Below the pieces are notes generated by a model that saw nothing but the letters and a program-made list of their open reading frames with translations, ran no database searches and was not told the origin of the DNA. DNA of 64,000 nt from Alphaproteobacteria bacterium. Lineage in GTDB: Bacteria; Pseudomonadota; Alphaproteobacteria; MPNO01; UBA830. Position numbers and translations under genes: made by a program. This document shows, one piece after another, positions 37,790 to 48,167 of the stretch (position 1 is the first letter of the stretch; each line of letters begins with the position of its first letter). The stretch lies in contig OZ251539.1 in the NCBI GenBank assembly GCA_965243135.1, positions 128,001 to 192,000 of the forward strand, in the 5' to 3' direction.

Positions 37790-39034
37790 ATGAACGACGA
37801 CGCCAAGTACAAATCCCTGTTCAGCCATCCGCGAGTGCGCCGCGACCTGCTGCGCGGCTTCGTTTCGAAAGAGCTGGCCGACCGGCTCGACCTCGACACC
37901 CTGCAGGCGATGCCGACGGAGTTCGTGGACGCCCGGCTGGGACAGCAGCGCAGCGACATGGTCTGGCGCGTGAACTTCCGCGAGGGGGACGGCGAACTCT
38001 ACGTCGTCGTCCTGACGGAGTTCCAGTCGACGGTCGACCAGGACATGCCGCTGCGCATGATCAAGTACACGGCGCAGATATACACGAAGCTGCAGGAGGA
38101 AAAGCGGTTGCCCGGCGGGAAGCTGCCGCCGGTGCTGCCGGTGGTGGTCTACAGCGGCGAGAGGCGGTGGTCGGCGCCGCAGGAAATGAAGGAGATGGTC
38201 GGGCCGGTCGACGAGGAGCTTCAGCCGTTCCAGTTGCAGCAGCGCTATTTTCTGCTTGACCTTCGCCGGGTGGGCGTCGAGGATGCGATGCTGGACAACG
38301 TGCTGTACGCGCAGGCACTGGTCGAGCAAGGCCGGTGGGAGGATCTGTGGCCGGCGCTGTCGGCGTTGCAGGAGGCGACCGACCCGGAGGCCGATGCGAA
38401 GCTTCGCGGTCTGGTTGCGGCGTTGGTGCGTCAGGCGGCGGAGGGCAGCGGGCAGTTGACCGGCGAGACGCTGAACAAGCTGAGGTCGTTCGAGGAGACA
38501 GGGGAGTTGGGAGAGATGGGATCGTTGTTGGCCAAACGGATGGATCAGGCTGTCGACGAGAGTCGGGCCAGGGGCTGGGCCGAGGGCAGGGAGCTGGGCC
38601 TCTCCGAAGGCAAGGAGCGAGGGCTGACCGAGGGCAGGGAACTGGGCCTTTCCGAAGGCAAGGAGCAAGGGCTGACCGAGGGCAGGGAACTGGGCCTTTC
38701 CGAAGGCAAGGAGCAAGGGCTGACCGAGGGCAGGGAACTGGGCCTCTCCGAAGGCAAGGAGCAAGGGCTGACCGAGGGCAGGGAACTGGGCCTCTCCGAA
38801 GGCAGGGAACTTGGCTTCTCCGAAGGCAAGGAGCAAGGACTGGAACGACAGCGGGCGATCTTGTTGCGTCAGGCGGCGCGGAAGTTCGGTGCGGGCACGG
38901 CGACGCGTCTTGAGGCGCTGCTGGCCGCGATCGACGATCCCGACCGTCTTGCCGTGCTCGGCGATCACGTGATCGACAGCGACGACGGCGAGGAGTTGCT
39001 GTCGCGCGCGACGGGCGCCGCCAGGCTGCACTGA
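37790..39034 (+). CDS. Rpn/YhgA-family PD-(D/E)xK nuclease with variable C-terminal repeats
   Basis: D..YK.LFSHP, FVD....RSDMVWRV, EFQSTVD..MPLRM..Y, LPPVLPVVVYSG, EG..EG repeats, C-terminal LLRQ..RKFG domain; GGAGGAG SD-like sequence upstream. Confidence 0.92.
   Translation: MNDDAKYKSLFSHPRVRRDLLRGFVSKELADRLDLDTLQAMPTEFVDARLGQQRSDMVWRVNFREGDGELYVVVLTEFQSTVDQDMPLRMIKYTAQIYTKLQEEKRLPGGKLPPVLPVVVYSGERRWSAPQEMKEMVGPVDEELQPFQLQQRYFLLDLRRVGVEDAMLDNVLYAQALVEQGRWEDLWPALSALQEATDPEADAKLRGLVAALVRQAAEGSGQLTGETLNKLRSFEETGELGEMGSLLAKRMDQAVDESRARGWAEGRELGLSEGKERGLTEGRELGLSEGKEQGLTEGRELGLSEGKEQGLTEGRELGLSEGKEQGLTEGRELGLSEGRELGFSEGKEQGLERQRAILLRQAARKFGAGTATRLEALLAAIDDPDRLAVLGDHVIDSDDGEELLSRATGAARLH
38582..38840 (+). 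repeat. In-frame tandem repeat (48-bp unit, EGRELGLSEGKEQGLT) in rpn copy 1
   Basis: About 4 full 48-bp units plus partial units built from 12-bp subunits. Confidence 0.9.
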
Positions 39035-39192
39035 GCCGCGCCTCGCCCCCCGGAGCTCGCGGCGCGGTCGCGCCCGGCGGCGGAGCGAAGCTGCCGGTCC
39101 CCGCCCCGGCGCTCTTCCGGCCGAACATGCCCGCGGCAGCTGGAAAGCGGACCCGGAAGCAGACGCAAAAAAGGGCGCAGCGCAAACGCTTC
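39033..39192. repeat. Short member of the GAGCCG MITE-like family after rpn copy 1 (duplicated at 40292-40450)
   Basis: Starts GAGCCGCGC and ends AAAAAGGGCGCAGCGCAAACGCTTC, similar to the AAAAATGGC.CAGCGC.AACGGCTC end of copies A and B. Confidence 0.55.
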
Positions 39193-39195
39193 GGT

Positions 39196-40293
39196 CCGAC
39201 CGGCTCGACCTCGACACCCTGCAGGCGATGCCGACGGAGTTCGTGGACGCCCGGCCGGGACAGCAGCGCAGCGACATGGTCTGGCGCGTGAACTTCCGCG
39301 AGGGGGACGGCGAACTCTACGTCGTCGTCCTGACGGAGTTCCAGTCGACGGTCGACCAGGACATGCCGCTGTGCATGGTACACGGCGCAGCACGAAGCTG
39401 CAGGAGGAAAAGCAATCGCCCGGCGGGAAGCTGCCGCCGGTGGTGCCGGTGGTGGTCTACAGCGGGGAGGCGCGGTGGTCGGCGCCGCGGGAGGGAGATG
39501 GTCGGGCCGGTCGACGAGGAGCTTGAGCCAACTGCAACGCTACTTTCTGCTTGACCTTCGCGGGCGTCGAGGATGCGATGCTGGACAACGTGCTGTAAGC
39601 GCAGGCGCTGGTCGAGCAAGGCCGGTGGGAGGAACTGCGGCCGGCGCTGTCGGCGTTGCAGGAGGCGACCGACCCGGAGACGGAGGCGAAGCTTCGCGGC
39701 TTGGTTGCGGCGTTGGTGCGTCAGGCGGCGGAGGGCAGTTGACCGGCGAGACGCTGAAGAAGCTGAAGTCGTTCGAGGAGACAGGGGAGCTGGGAGAGAT
39801 GGGGTCGTTGTTGGCCAAACGGATGGATCAGGCTGTCGACGAGAGTCGGGCCAGGGGCTGGGCCGAGGGCAAGGAGCTGGGGCTGACCGAGGGCAGGGAG
39901 CAAGGGCTGACCGAAGGCAGGGAGCAAGGGCTGACCGAAGGCAGGGAGCAAGGGCTGACCGAAGGCAGGGAGCAAGGGCTGACCGAAGGCAGGGAGCAAG
40001 GGCTGACCGAAGGCAGGGAGCAAGGGCTGACCGAAGGCAGGGAGCAAGGGCTGACCGAAGGCAGGGAGCTGGGCTTCTCCGAAGGCAAGGAGCAAGGGCT
40101 GGAACGACAGCGGGCGATCTTGTTGCGTCAGGCGGCGCGGAAGTTCGGTGCGGGCACGGCGACGCGCCTCGAGACGCTGCTGGCCGCGATCGACGATCCC
40201 GACCGTCTCGCCGCGCTCGGCGATCACGTGATCGACAGCGACGGCGGCGAGGAGTTGCTGTCGCGCGCGGCGGGCGCCGCCAGGCTGCACTGA
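39196..40293 (+). pseudogene. Second, tandem Rpn copy: 5'-truncated, frameshifts and stop in the nuclease half, C-terminal 164 codons intact
   Basis: Near-identical to 37878-39034 but with several small deletions and TAC>TAA at ~39596; open from ATG 39799 to 40293. Confidence 0.9.
39865..40100 (+). repeat. In-frame tandem repeat (24-bp unit, EGREQGLT) in rpn copy 2
   Basis: GAAGGCAGGGAGCAAGGGCTGACC repeated about 7 times. Confidence 0.9.
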
Positions 40294-40523
40294 GCCGCGC
40301 CTCGCCCCCGGAGCTTGCGGCGCGGTCGCGCCCGGCGGCGGAGCGAAGCTGCCGGTCCCCGCCCCGGCGCTCTTCCGGCTGAACGTGCCCGCGGCAGCCG
40401 GAGAGCGGACCCGGAAGCAGGCGCGAAAAAGGGCGCAGCGCAAACGCTTCGGTCCGTCGGCGCGGTGACACCGCGAGGCCGCAGCGATATAGTGCGGTGC
40501 GCGCGAACTCTGGAGAATTGCAT

Positions 40524-41987
40524 ATGCCGCTCGACCTCAAGGATCCCCGGCTCTTCCGCGAAGCCTGCTACATCGACGGCCGATGGGCCGGCGCCGGATC
40601 GAACGAAACCATCGACGTCCTGAACCCGGCGACGAACGAAGTGATCGGCACCGTTCCCAAAATGGGGGCGGAAGAGACTCGCCAGGCGATCGAGGCGGCC
40701 AACGCGGCCTGGCCCGCGTGGCGCGCCCGGACGGCCAAAGAGCGGGCGGCGATCCTGCGCAGGTGGCACGACCTGATGCTGGAGAACCAGGAGGATCTCG
40801 CCAGGATGATGACCGCCGAGCAGGGCAAGCCGCTCAAGGAATCCATGGGAGAGATTCTCTACGCGGCGTCCTTCATCGAATGGTTCGCCGAGGAGGGGAA
40901 GCGGGTCTACGGCGACACGATTCCCCAGCACGCGCCGGGAAAGCGCATCGTCGTCACCAAGGAGCCCGTGGGCGTATGCGCCGCCATCACGCCGTGGAAT
41001 TTTCCGGCCGCGATGATCACGCGCAAGGCCGGTCCCGCGCTGGCGGCCGGCTGCACCATGGTCGTCAAGCCCGCGACCGCCACGCCCTATTCCGCGCTGG
41101 CCCTGGCGGAGCTCGGCGAGCGGGCCGGCCTTCCGGCCGGGACGTTCAGCGTCGTCACCGGCGCTTCCGGAGCGATCGGGGGCGAGATGACTTCCAATCC
41201 CGTCGTTCGGAAGCTGACCTTCACCGGCTCCACGGAAATCGGAAAGCTGCTGCTCGAGCAATGCGCGGGCACCGTCAAGAAGACGTCGATGGAACTCGGC
41301 GGCAACGCGCCCTTCATCGTCTTCGACGACGCCGACCTCGACGAAGCGATCGCCGGCGCGATGGCGTCCAAATTCCGCAATACCGGCCAGACCTGCGTCT
41401 GCGCCAATCGCCTGCTGGTCCAGGACGGCGTCTACGAGGCGTTTTCCCGGAAGCTGTCCGAGGAGGTCGCGAAGATGCGGATCGGCGACGGGCTTTCGGG
41501 AGAGACCGATCAGGGGCCGCTGATCGACATGGCGGCCGTCGAGAAGGTGGAGGAGCACATCCAGGACGCGGTGGCGCGCGGCGCCAGCGTGGCCGTGGGC
41601 GGCTCCCGCCACGAACTGGGCGGGACGTTCTTCCAGCCGACGGTTCTTACCGAGGTCGACACCGGCATGAAGATAACCCGCGAGGAGACGTTCGGCCCCG
41701 TCGCGCCGCTCTACAGGTTCGAGACCGAGGAGCAGGCGCTCGCCATGGCCAACGACACCGAGTTCGGCCTTGCGGCTTACTTCTACAGCCGGGACGTCGG
41801 CCGCATCTGGCGGGTGATGGAGGGCCTCGAATACGGCATCGTCGGCGTCAACGAGGGCATCATCTCGACCGAGGTCGCGCCGTTCGGCGGGATGAAGGAG
41901 TCCGGCGTCGGCCGCGAAGGCTCCAAATACGGCATCGAAGACTTCCTGGAAATCAAGTACGTGCTGATCGGCGGCATCGGCGCTTGA
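40524..41987 (+). CDS. gabD: NAD(P)-dependent succinate-semialdehyde dehydrogenase
   Basis: GGAG SD + ATG 40524; ITPWNFPAAMITRK, FTGSTEIG, MELGGNAP, KFRNTGQTCVC, EETFGP, GREGSKYG. Confidence 0.93.
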   Translation: MPLDLKDPRLFREACYIDGRWAGAGSNETIDVLNPATNEVIGTVPKMGAEETRQAIEAANAAWPAWRARTAKERAAILRRWHDLMLENQEDLARMMTAEQGKPLKESMGEILYAASFIEWFAEEGKRVYGDTIPQHAPGKRIVVTKEPVGVCAAITPWNFPAAMITRKAGPALAAGCTMVVKPATATPYSALALAELGERAGLPAGTFSVVTGASGAIGGEMTSNPVVRKLTFTGSTEIGKLLLEQCAGTVKKTSMELGGNAPFIVFDDADLDEAIAGAMASKFRNTGQTCVCANRLLVQDGVYEAFSRKLSEEVAKMRIGDGLSGETDQGPLIDMAAVEKVEEHIQDAVARGASVAVGGSRHELGGTFFQPTVLTEVDTGMKITREETFGPVAPLYRFETEEQALAMANDTEFGLAAYFYSRDVGRIWRVMEGLEYGIVGVNEGIISTEVAPFGGMKESGVGREGSKYGIEDFLEIKYVLIGGIGA

Positions 41988-42009
41988 AGCCCGGACCGGG
42001 AAACGCGTC

Positions 42010-43356
42010 GTGACCGGCTACGACCTCTTCGTCATCGGCGCCGGATCGGGCGGCGTCCGCGCCGCCCGCATGTCGGCGTCCTACGGCGCCCGGGTCGCGG
42101 TGGCCGAGGAACGCTTTCTCGGCGGCACCTGCGTCAACGTCGGCTGCATCCCGAAGAAGCTGTTCTCTTACGGCGCGCATTACGCCGAGGACGCGCGCGA
42201 CGCCGCCGCCTACGGCTGGAACTTCGAGGAGCCGACCCTGCGCTGGCCGGATCTGATCGCCAACAAGAACCGCGAGATCGAGCGTCTCAACGGCGTCTAT
42301 CGCGACCTGCTCGGGAACGCCGGGGTCGCGCTCTACGAGGCGCGGGCGAGAATGGTCGACGCGCGCACGCTCGACGTGGGCGGCGAAACGGTGACCGCCG
42401 ACCGGATCCTGATCGCGACCGGCGGCCGGCCCCGTATGCCCGGCACGCCGGGCATCGAACGCGCCATCGCGTCCGACGACGCCTTCTATCTCGAAGACCG
42501 CCCGCGCCGCGTCATGGTCGTGGGGGGCGGCTATATCGCGGTCGAGTTCGCCAGCATATTCAACGGATACGGGGCCGAGGCCGAACTGGTCTACCGCCGC
42601 GACCTGTTCCTGCGCGGCTTCGACATCGACGCGCGCCGGCATCTCGCCGGGGAGATGGAGAAGAAGGGCGTCGCCCTGACCTGGAACCGGACCGTCGAAC
42701 GCATCGACAGGACCGCCGGCGGGCTCGACGTGACCATGGACGACGGCGAAATCCGGCAGGTCGACCGGATCATGTACGCGATCGGCCGCGATCCCAACAC
42801 CGCCGGCATGGGCCTCGCGGAGAGCGGCGTCGCGCTCGACGGCAACGGCGCGGTCGTCGTCGACGATTATTTCCGGACCAGCCTCGACAACGTTTACGCG
42901 ATCGGGGACGTCATCGACCGCCATCAGCTGACTCCGGTCGCGATCGGCGAGGCGATGCGGCTCGCGTCCAACCTCTTCCGGGGCACGAACCTCAAGATGG
43001 ACTACGCGGACATCCCGACCGCCGTCTTCTCGGATCCGCCGGTCGGCACGGTCGGGCTGACGGAGGACGACGCCCGCGCCGCGTACGGCGACATCGACGT
43101 GTACCGGTCGACCTTCCGGCCGCTGCGGCACACGCTGACCGGCTCGGAAGAGCGGACGATGATGAAGCTGATCGTCGACAGGGCGTCCGACCGGGTCGTC
43201 GGCTGCCACATGGTCGGCGCGGACGCCGGAGAAATCGTCCAGGGCCTCGCCGTCGCGCTCAAATGCGGCGCCACCAAGGAGCGGTTCGACGCGACCGTGG
43301 GGATCCATCCGACCGCCGCGGAGGAGTTCGTGACGATGCGCGACGCGGTCTCCTGA
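42010..43356 (+). CDS. gor: Glutathione reductase
   Basis: [19 protein letters not shown] redox motif, [19 protein letters not shown]. Confidence 0.95.
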   Translation: MTGYDLFVIGAGSGGVRAARMSASYGARVAVAEERFLGGTCVNVGCIPKKLFSYGAHYAEDARDAAAYGWNFEEPTLRWPDLIANKNREIERLNGVYRDLLGNAGVALYEARARMVDARTLDVGGETVTADRILIATGGRPRMPGTPGIERAIASDDAFYLEDRPRRVMVVGGGYIAVEFASIFNGYGAEAELVYRRDLFLRGFDIDARRHLAGEMEKKGVALTWNRTVERIDRTAGGLDVTMDDGEIRQVDRIMYAIGRDPNTAGMGLAESGVALDGNGAVVVDDYFRTSLDNVYAIGDVIDRHQLTPVAIGEAMRLASNLFRGTNLKMDYADIPTAVFSDPPVGTVGLTEDDARAAYGDIDVYRSTFRPLRHTLTGSEERTMMKLIVDRASDRVVGCHMVGADAGEIVQGLAVALKCGATKERFDATVGIHPTAAEEFVTMRDAVS

Positions 43357-43459
43357 TCGCAGGCTTCCGCGCGGGCGATCGCCGTTCGCGCGGTTTTTGT
43401 GGATAACGGCGGCCGATGCGCGTATACGCATCGGAGCCGCGACAAGAGGCAGCGAACCG

Positions 43460-44827
43460 ATGCAGTGGTCTCCCGACAGCTGGCGAAGCCGGCCGATCTT
43501 CCAGGCGCCGCGATATCCGGACCCGGATGCGTTGAAGGACGCGGAAGACCGGCTTCGCGGCTATCCGCCGCTCGTGTTCGCGGGCGAGGCCCGCAGGCTG
43601 CGCGGCCAGATCGCCGCGGCGGCGGAAGGGCGGGCTTTCCTGCTGCAGGGAGGCGACTGCGCCGAGAGCTTCGCCGAATTCGATCCGAACAATATCCGCG
43701 ACACGTTCCGCGTTCTTCTGCAGATGGCCGTCGTGCTGATCTTCGCGTCGGGCAAGCCGGTCGTGAAGATCGGCCGGCTCGCGGGGCAGTTCGCCAAGCC
43801 GCGCTCTTCCCCCGACGAGGAGCGGGACGGCGTCGTCCTTCCCAGCTACCGCGGCGACATGATCAACGACATGGCGTTCGACGCGGACGCCCGGCGGCCG
43901 CAGCCCGGGCGCATGATACAGGCCTACAACCAGTCGGCGGCCACCCTCAACCTGCTGCGCGCCTTCGCGCAGGGCGGGTACGCCGATCTGCATCAGGTGC
44001 ATCGGTGGAATCTCGAGTTCGTTTCCGCCGGCCCGCAGGCCGACAGGTATCGCGAACTCGCGGACCGGATCGACGAGGCGATGACGTTCATGGCCGCCTG
44101 CGGGCTTACGCCGGCCGCCACGCCCCAGCTTCGCGAAACAGACTTCTACACCAGCCACGAGGCGCTGCTCCTCGGTTACGAGGAGGCGATGACGCGCGTC
44201 GATTCCACCTCCGGGAACTGGTACGACACGTCGGCGCACCTGCTGTGGATCGGCGACCGCACGCGCCAGCCGGACTGCGCTCACGCGGAGTTCCTGCGCG
44301 GAATCGCCAATCCGGTCGGCCTCAAGACCGGCCCGTCCCAGACGCCCGACGAGCTGCTGAGGCTGATCGACATTCTCGATCCCCGCAACGAGCCGGGCAG
44401 GCTGGTCCTCATCAGCCGCATGGGGCACGACCAGGTGGAGGCGAAGCTTCCGCCCCTCGTGCGCGCGGTCGCCCGCGAGGGCAGGCAGGTCGTCTGGACC
44501 TGCGATCCCATGCACGGCAACACGGTCAAAAGCCGGGCCGGCTACAAGACGCGGCCCTTCGACAGGATTCTGCGGGAGGTCCGCGGGTTCTTCGCCGTGC
44601 ACGAAGCGGAAGGGACGCACGCCGGCGGCGTTCATGTCGAACTGACCGGCCGCAACGTGACCGAATGCACGGGCGGCGCGCAGGACATCACCGACGAGAA
44701 CCTTTCCGACCGGTATCACACCCATTGCGACCCGCGCCTCAACGCGTCGCAGTCCCTGGAACTGGCCTTCGTGATCGGGGAGCATCTGAAGCGCGCTCGC
44801 GAGCCGGTCCGCGAAGCCGCGGAGTAG
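43460..44827 (+). CDS. Class II 3-deoxy-7-phosphoheptulonate (DAHP) synthase
   Basis: [52 protein letters not shown]. Confidence 0.96.
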   Translation: MQWSPDSWRSRPIFQAPRYPDPDALKDAEDRLRGYPPLVFAGEARRLRGQIAAAAEGRAFLLQGGDCAESFAEFDPNNIRDTFRVLLQMAVVLIFASGKPVVKIGRLAGQFAKPRSSPDEERDGVVLPSYRGDMINDMAFDADARRPQPGRMIQAYNQSAATLNLLRAFAQGGYADLHQVHRWNLEFVSAGPQADRYRELADRIDEAMTFMAACGLTPAATPQLRETDFYTSHEALLLGYEEAMTRVDSTSGNWYDTSAHLLWIGDRTRQPDCAHAEFLRGIANPVGLKTGPSQTPDELLRLIDILDPRNEPGRLVLISRMGHDQVEAKLPPLVRAVAREGRQVVWTCDPMHGNTVKSRAGYKTRPFDRILREVRGFFAVHEAEGTHAGGVHVELTGRNVTECTGGAQDITDENLSDRYHTHCDPRLNASQSLELAFVIGEHLKRAREPVREAAE

Positions 44828-44842
44828 ATCGCTGCCGGTCTC

Positions 44843-46555
44843 ATGACCGATACGCTCGACATAGCGCTGGCCCAGCTCAACCCGACGGTGGGCGACGTGG
44901 AGGGCAACGTCGGCCTTCTCCGCCGCGCGCGCGCGCGCGCCGCCGAACTCGGCGCCGACCTGCTGGTCACCGGCGAACTCTTCGTTTCCGGCTATCCGCC
45001 GGAAGACCTCGTGTTCCGGCCGATCTTCCGGGAGACGGTCGAACGCGAGGTGAACGCGTTCGCGGCCGAGACCGCGGACGGCGGACCGGCGGTTCTCGCG
45101 GGCGCGCCGTGGGCGCAGGACGGCAAGCTGTACAACGCCGCGTTGCTGATCGACGGCGGCGTCGTCGCGGCGATTCGCTTCAAGCGCGATCTGCCGAATT
45201 ACGGAGTTTTCGACGAGAAGCGGTTTTTCGCGGCGGGCCCGCTCCCGGGCCCGGTGAATTTTCGGGACGTGCGGCTGGGGGCGATGATCTGCGAAGACAT
45301 GTGGACGGACGAGGTCGCGGAATGCCTGGAGGAATCGGGCGCGGAGATCCTCGCCGTCCTCAACGGTTCTCCCTATGAGACCGGCAAGTGGGACGCGCGG
45401 CTCAACCTGGCCGTCGCCCGCGCGACGGAGTGCCGCCTGCCCCTGATCTACGTCAACCAGGTGGGCGGCCAGGACGAGCTGGTGTTCGACGGCGCCTCTT
45501 TCGCGATCGGCGCCGACGGGGCGTTGCGCGCCTGCGCGCCGCCGTGGAGGGAAGACCTGCTGCTTACCCGCTGGCGGCGGGGAGCGTCGGGCTGGATCTG
45601 CCACGAGGCCGACAGGTCGCCGCCGCCGGAGGGCATCGGGGCCGTCTACGCGGCGATGGTGCTGGGCTTGCGGGACTACGTCGCCAAGAACGGCTTTCCC
45701 GGCGTCATCATCGGGCTGTCGGGCGGGATCGATTCGGCGTTGACGGCCGCCGTCGCGGTCGACGCCCTTGGGGCCGACCGCGTTCGCTGCGTCATGATGC
45801 CGTCGCGCTACACGTCGCAGGAAAGCCTGGACGACGCGGCGGCCGTGGCCGCCTCGCTGGGCGCGCGTCTCGACAGCATTTCCATCGAGCCCGCGATGGC
45901 CGCCTTCGACGGCATGCTCGCGGAGGTCCTCGCCGGAACGGAGGCCGACACGACGGAGGAGAACATACAGGCGCGGTCGCGCGGCATCGCGCTGATGGCG
46001 CTTTCCAACAAGACGGGCGCGATGGTGGTCTCGACCGGCAACAAGTCCGAAATGTCCGTCGGATACGCCACGCTCTACGGCGACATGTGCGGCGGTTATT
46101 CCGTGCTTCGGGACGTCTACAAGACCGACGTGTTCGCGTTGTGCCGCTGGCGCAACCGGAACCGGACGGACGGCGCGGCGGGCCCGGACGGCCCCGTGAT
46201 GCCGGAACGCGTCATCGCCAAGCCTCCGTCGGCCGAGCTCAAGCCCGATCAGACCGACCAGGACACCCTGCCGCCTTACGAGGATCTCGACGCCATCCTG
46301 AGGTGCCTGAACGAACGCGACATGAGCATCGACCGGACGGTGGAGGAAGGCTTCGACCGCGCGCTCGTGCTGCGGGTCTGGCGCATGCTGCTGGGAGCGG
46401 AATACAAGCGGCGCCAGGCGCCGCCGGGCGTCAAGACCACGGGCAGATCCTTCGGGCGCGACCGGCGCTATCCGATCGTCAACGCCTTCCGCGGTCGCCC
46501 GCAGGCGCGCGGCGGCGTTGCGCGGAACCCCGAAAATCCTGTAAGTCGGGGCTGA
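44843..46555 (+). CDS. nadE: Glutamine-dependent NAD+ synthetase
   Basis: AQLNPTVGD, LPNYGVFDEKR, ICED, GLSGGIDS, TGNKSE..VGYATLYGD, PPSAEL, EYKRRQAPPG. Confidence 0.96.
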   Translation: MTDTLDIALAQLNPTVGDVEGNVGLLRRARARAAELGADLLVTGELFVSGYPPEDLVFRPIFRETVEREVNAFAAETADGGPAVLAGAPWAQDGKLYNAALLIDGGVVAAIRFKRDLPNYGVFDEKRFFAAGPLPGPVNFRDVRLGAMICEDMWTDEVAECLEESGAEILAVLNGSPYETGKWDARLNLAVARATECRLPLIYVNQVGGQDELVFDGASFAIGADGALRACAPPWREDLLLTRWRRGASGWICHEADRSPPPEGIGAVYAAMVLGLRDYVAKNGFPGVIIGLSGGIDSALTAAVAVDALGADRVRCVMMPSRYTSQESLDDAAAVAASLGARLDSISIEPAMAAFDGMLAEVLAGTEADTTEENIQARSRGIALMALSNKTGAMVVSTGNKSEMSVGYATLYGDMCGGYSVLRDVYKTDVFALCRWRNRNRTDGAAGPDGPVMPERVIAKPPSAELKPDQTDQDTLPPYEDLDAILRCLNERDMSIDRTVEEGFDRALVLRVWRMLLGAEYKRRQAPPGVKTTGRSFGRDRRYPIVNAFRGRPQARGGVARNPENPVSRG

Positions 46556-46571
46556 TTCCGGGCGGGGACTC

Positions 46572-48167
46572 ATGGAAGACGACCGTATCCATCTCTACGA
46601 TACGACGCTGCGCGACGGCGCGCAGACCCAGGGCGTGGACTTCACCGTGGCGGACAAGATCGCGATCGCCCGCGCCCTGGACGGCATCGGCATCGACTAC
46701 GTCGAGGGCGGCTGGCCCGGCGCCAATCCGACCGACGACGCCTTTTTCCGCGAGGCGCCGGCGTTGAAGCGCGCGAAATTCGCCGCCTTCGGCATGACCC
46801 GCCGCTCCGGCCGCTCCGCGGCGAACGATCCCGGCCTGGCCGCGGTGATGAACGCGTCGCCGGCGGCGGTCTGCATCGTCGGAAAGACCTGGGACTATCA
46901 CGTGGACGTGGCGCTCGGGGTCGACCGCGACGAGAACCTCGGCATGATCTCCGACTCGATAGCCTTCGCCGTTTCCCGGGGCGCGGAGGCGCTGTTCGAC
47001 GCCGAGCATTTCTTCGACGGCTACAAGGCCGACCCCGGCTACGCCATGGCCTGCGCCCTGGCGGCGCATCGCGCCGGCGCGCGCTGGATCGTCCTCTGCG
47101 ACACCAACGGAGGAACGTTGCCGCACGAGGTCCGCGAGATCGTCGCGGCGGCGGGCCGCGAGATTCCGGGAACCCGTCTCGGGATCCATTGCCACAACGA
47201 CACCGAGAACGCGGTCGCGAATTCGCTGGCGGCGGTGCGCGCCGGGGCCCGCCAGATCCAGGGCACCCTCAACGGCCTCGGCGAAAGGTGCGGCAACGCC
47301 AACCTCACGGCGATCATTCCGAACCTGATGCTGAAAATGGGGTTCCGGACGGGCATGTCCGAGGAGGATCTGGGCGGCCTCACCAAAGCGTCCCGCCTTC
47401 TCGACGAGCGGCTCAACCGGCCGCCGTCCCGGAACGCCGCTTACGTCGGATTGTCGGCCTTCGCCCACAAGGGCGGGCTGCACGTCTCCGCGGTCGAAAA
47501 GAACCCCGCGACCTACGAGCACATCGACCCGGCGCTGGTCGGGAACGAACGCCGCATCGTCGTGTCCGACCAGTCCGGCCGCTCCAACATCCTCGCCCGG
47601 TTCCGGAAGGCCGGCATCGACATCGATCCCGGGCACCCCCGGCTTCCCCGGCTTCTCGAGCTGGTCAAGCAGCGCGAGTTCGAGGGCTACGCCTACGACG
47701 GCGCCGAGGCCAGCTTCGAATTGCTGGCCCGGCAGACCCTCGGCGAGATGCCCCGGTTCTACGTCCTGAATTCGTTCCGGGTTCTCGACGAGCGGCGCTG
47801 GAACGCGCGGGGCGATCTGGTGACGCTTTCGGAAGCGACCGTCAAGGTGGCCGTCGGCGGGGAGCAGCACATGGCGGTCGCCGAGGGGAACGGCCCGGTC
47901 AACGCGCTGGACAACGCGCTCGGCAAGGTGCTGCTTCAAAGCTATCCGCAGCTCCGGGACATGCGGCTCGTCGACTACAAGGTGCGGATCCTGACTCCGG
48001 CGGACGGCACGGGCGCGATGACCCGCGTGCTGATCGAAAGCGCCGACAGCGCCGATCATCGCTGGTGCTGCGTCGGGCTTTCGACGAACATCATCGACGC
48101 GTCCTACAACGCGCTTCAGGACTCGATCTCCTACAAGCTGCTCCGCGCCGGCGCGGTTCCGGCGTGA
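46572..48167 (+). CDS. cimA: Citramalate synthase (LeuA-like)
   Basis: YDTTLRDGAQ, EGGWPGANP, HCHND, GERCGNANL, AFAHKGGLH, GPVNALD, DYKVRIL. Confidence 0.93.
   Translation: MEDDRIHLYDTTLRDGAQTQGVDFTVADKIAIARALDGIGIDYVEGGWPGANPTDDAFFREAPALKRAKFAAFGMTRRSGRSAANDPGLAAVMNASPAAVCIVGKTWDYHVDVALGVDRDENLGMISDSIAFAVSRGAEALFDAEHFFDGYKADPGYAMACALAAHRAGARWIVLCDTNGGTLPHEVREIVAAAGREIPGTRLGIHCHNDTENAVANSLAAVRAGARQIQGTLNGLGERCGNANLTAIIPNLMLKMGFRTGMSEEDLGGLTKASRLLDERLNRPPSRNAAYVGLSAFAHKGGLHVSAVEKNPATYEHIDPALVGNERRIVVSDQSGRSNILARFRKAGIDIDPGHPRLPRLLELVKQREFEGYAYDGAEASFELLARQTLGEMPRFYVLNSFRVLDERRWNARGDLVTLSEATVKVAVGGEQHMAVAEGNGPVNALDNALGKVLLQSYPQLRDMRLVDYKVRILTPADGTGAMTRVLIESADSADHRWCCVGLSTNIIDASYNALQDSISYKLLRAGAVPA

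Noticed and set aside
38582-40100. CRISPR-like periodic repeats
   Set aside because: No unique spacers; these are in-frame coding tandem repeats of rpn, and no cas genes are present.
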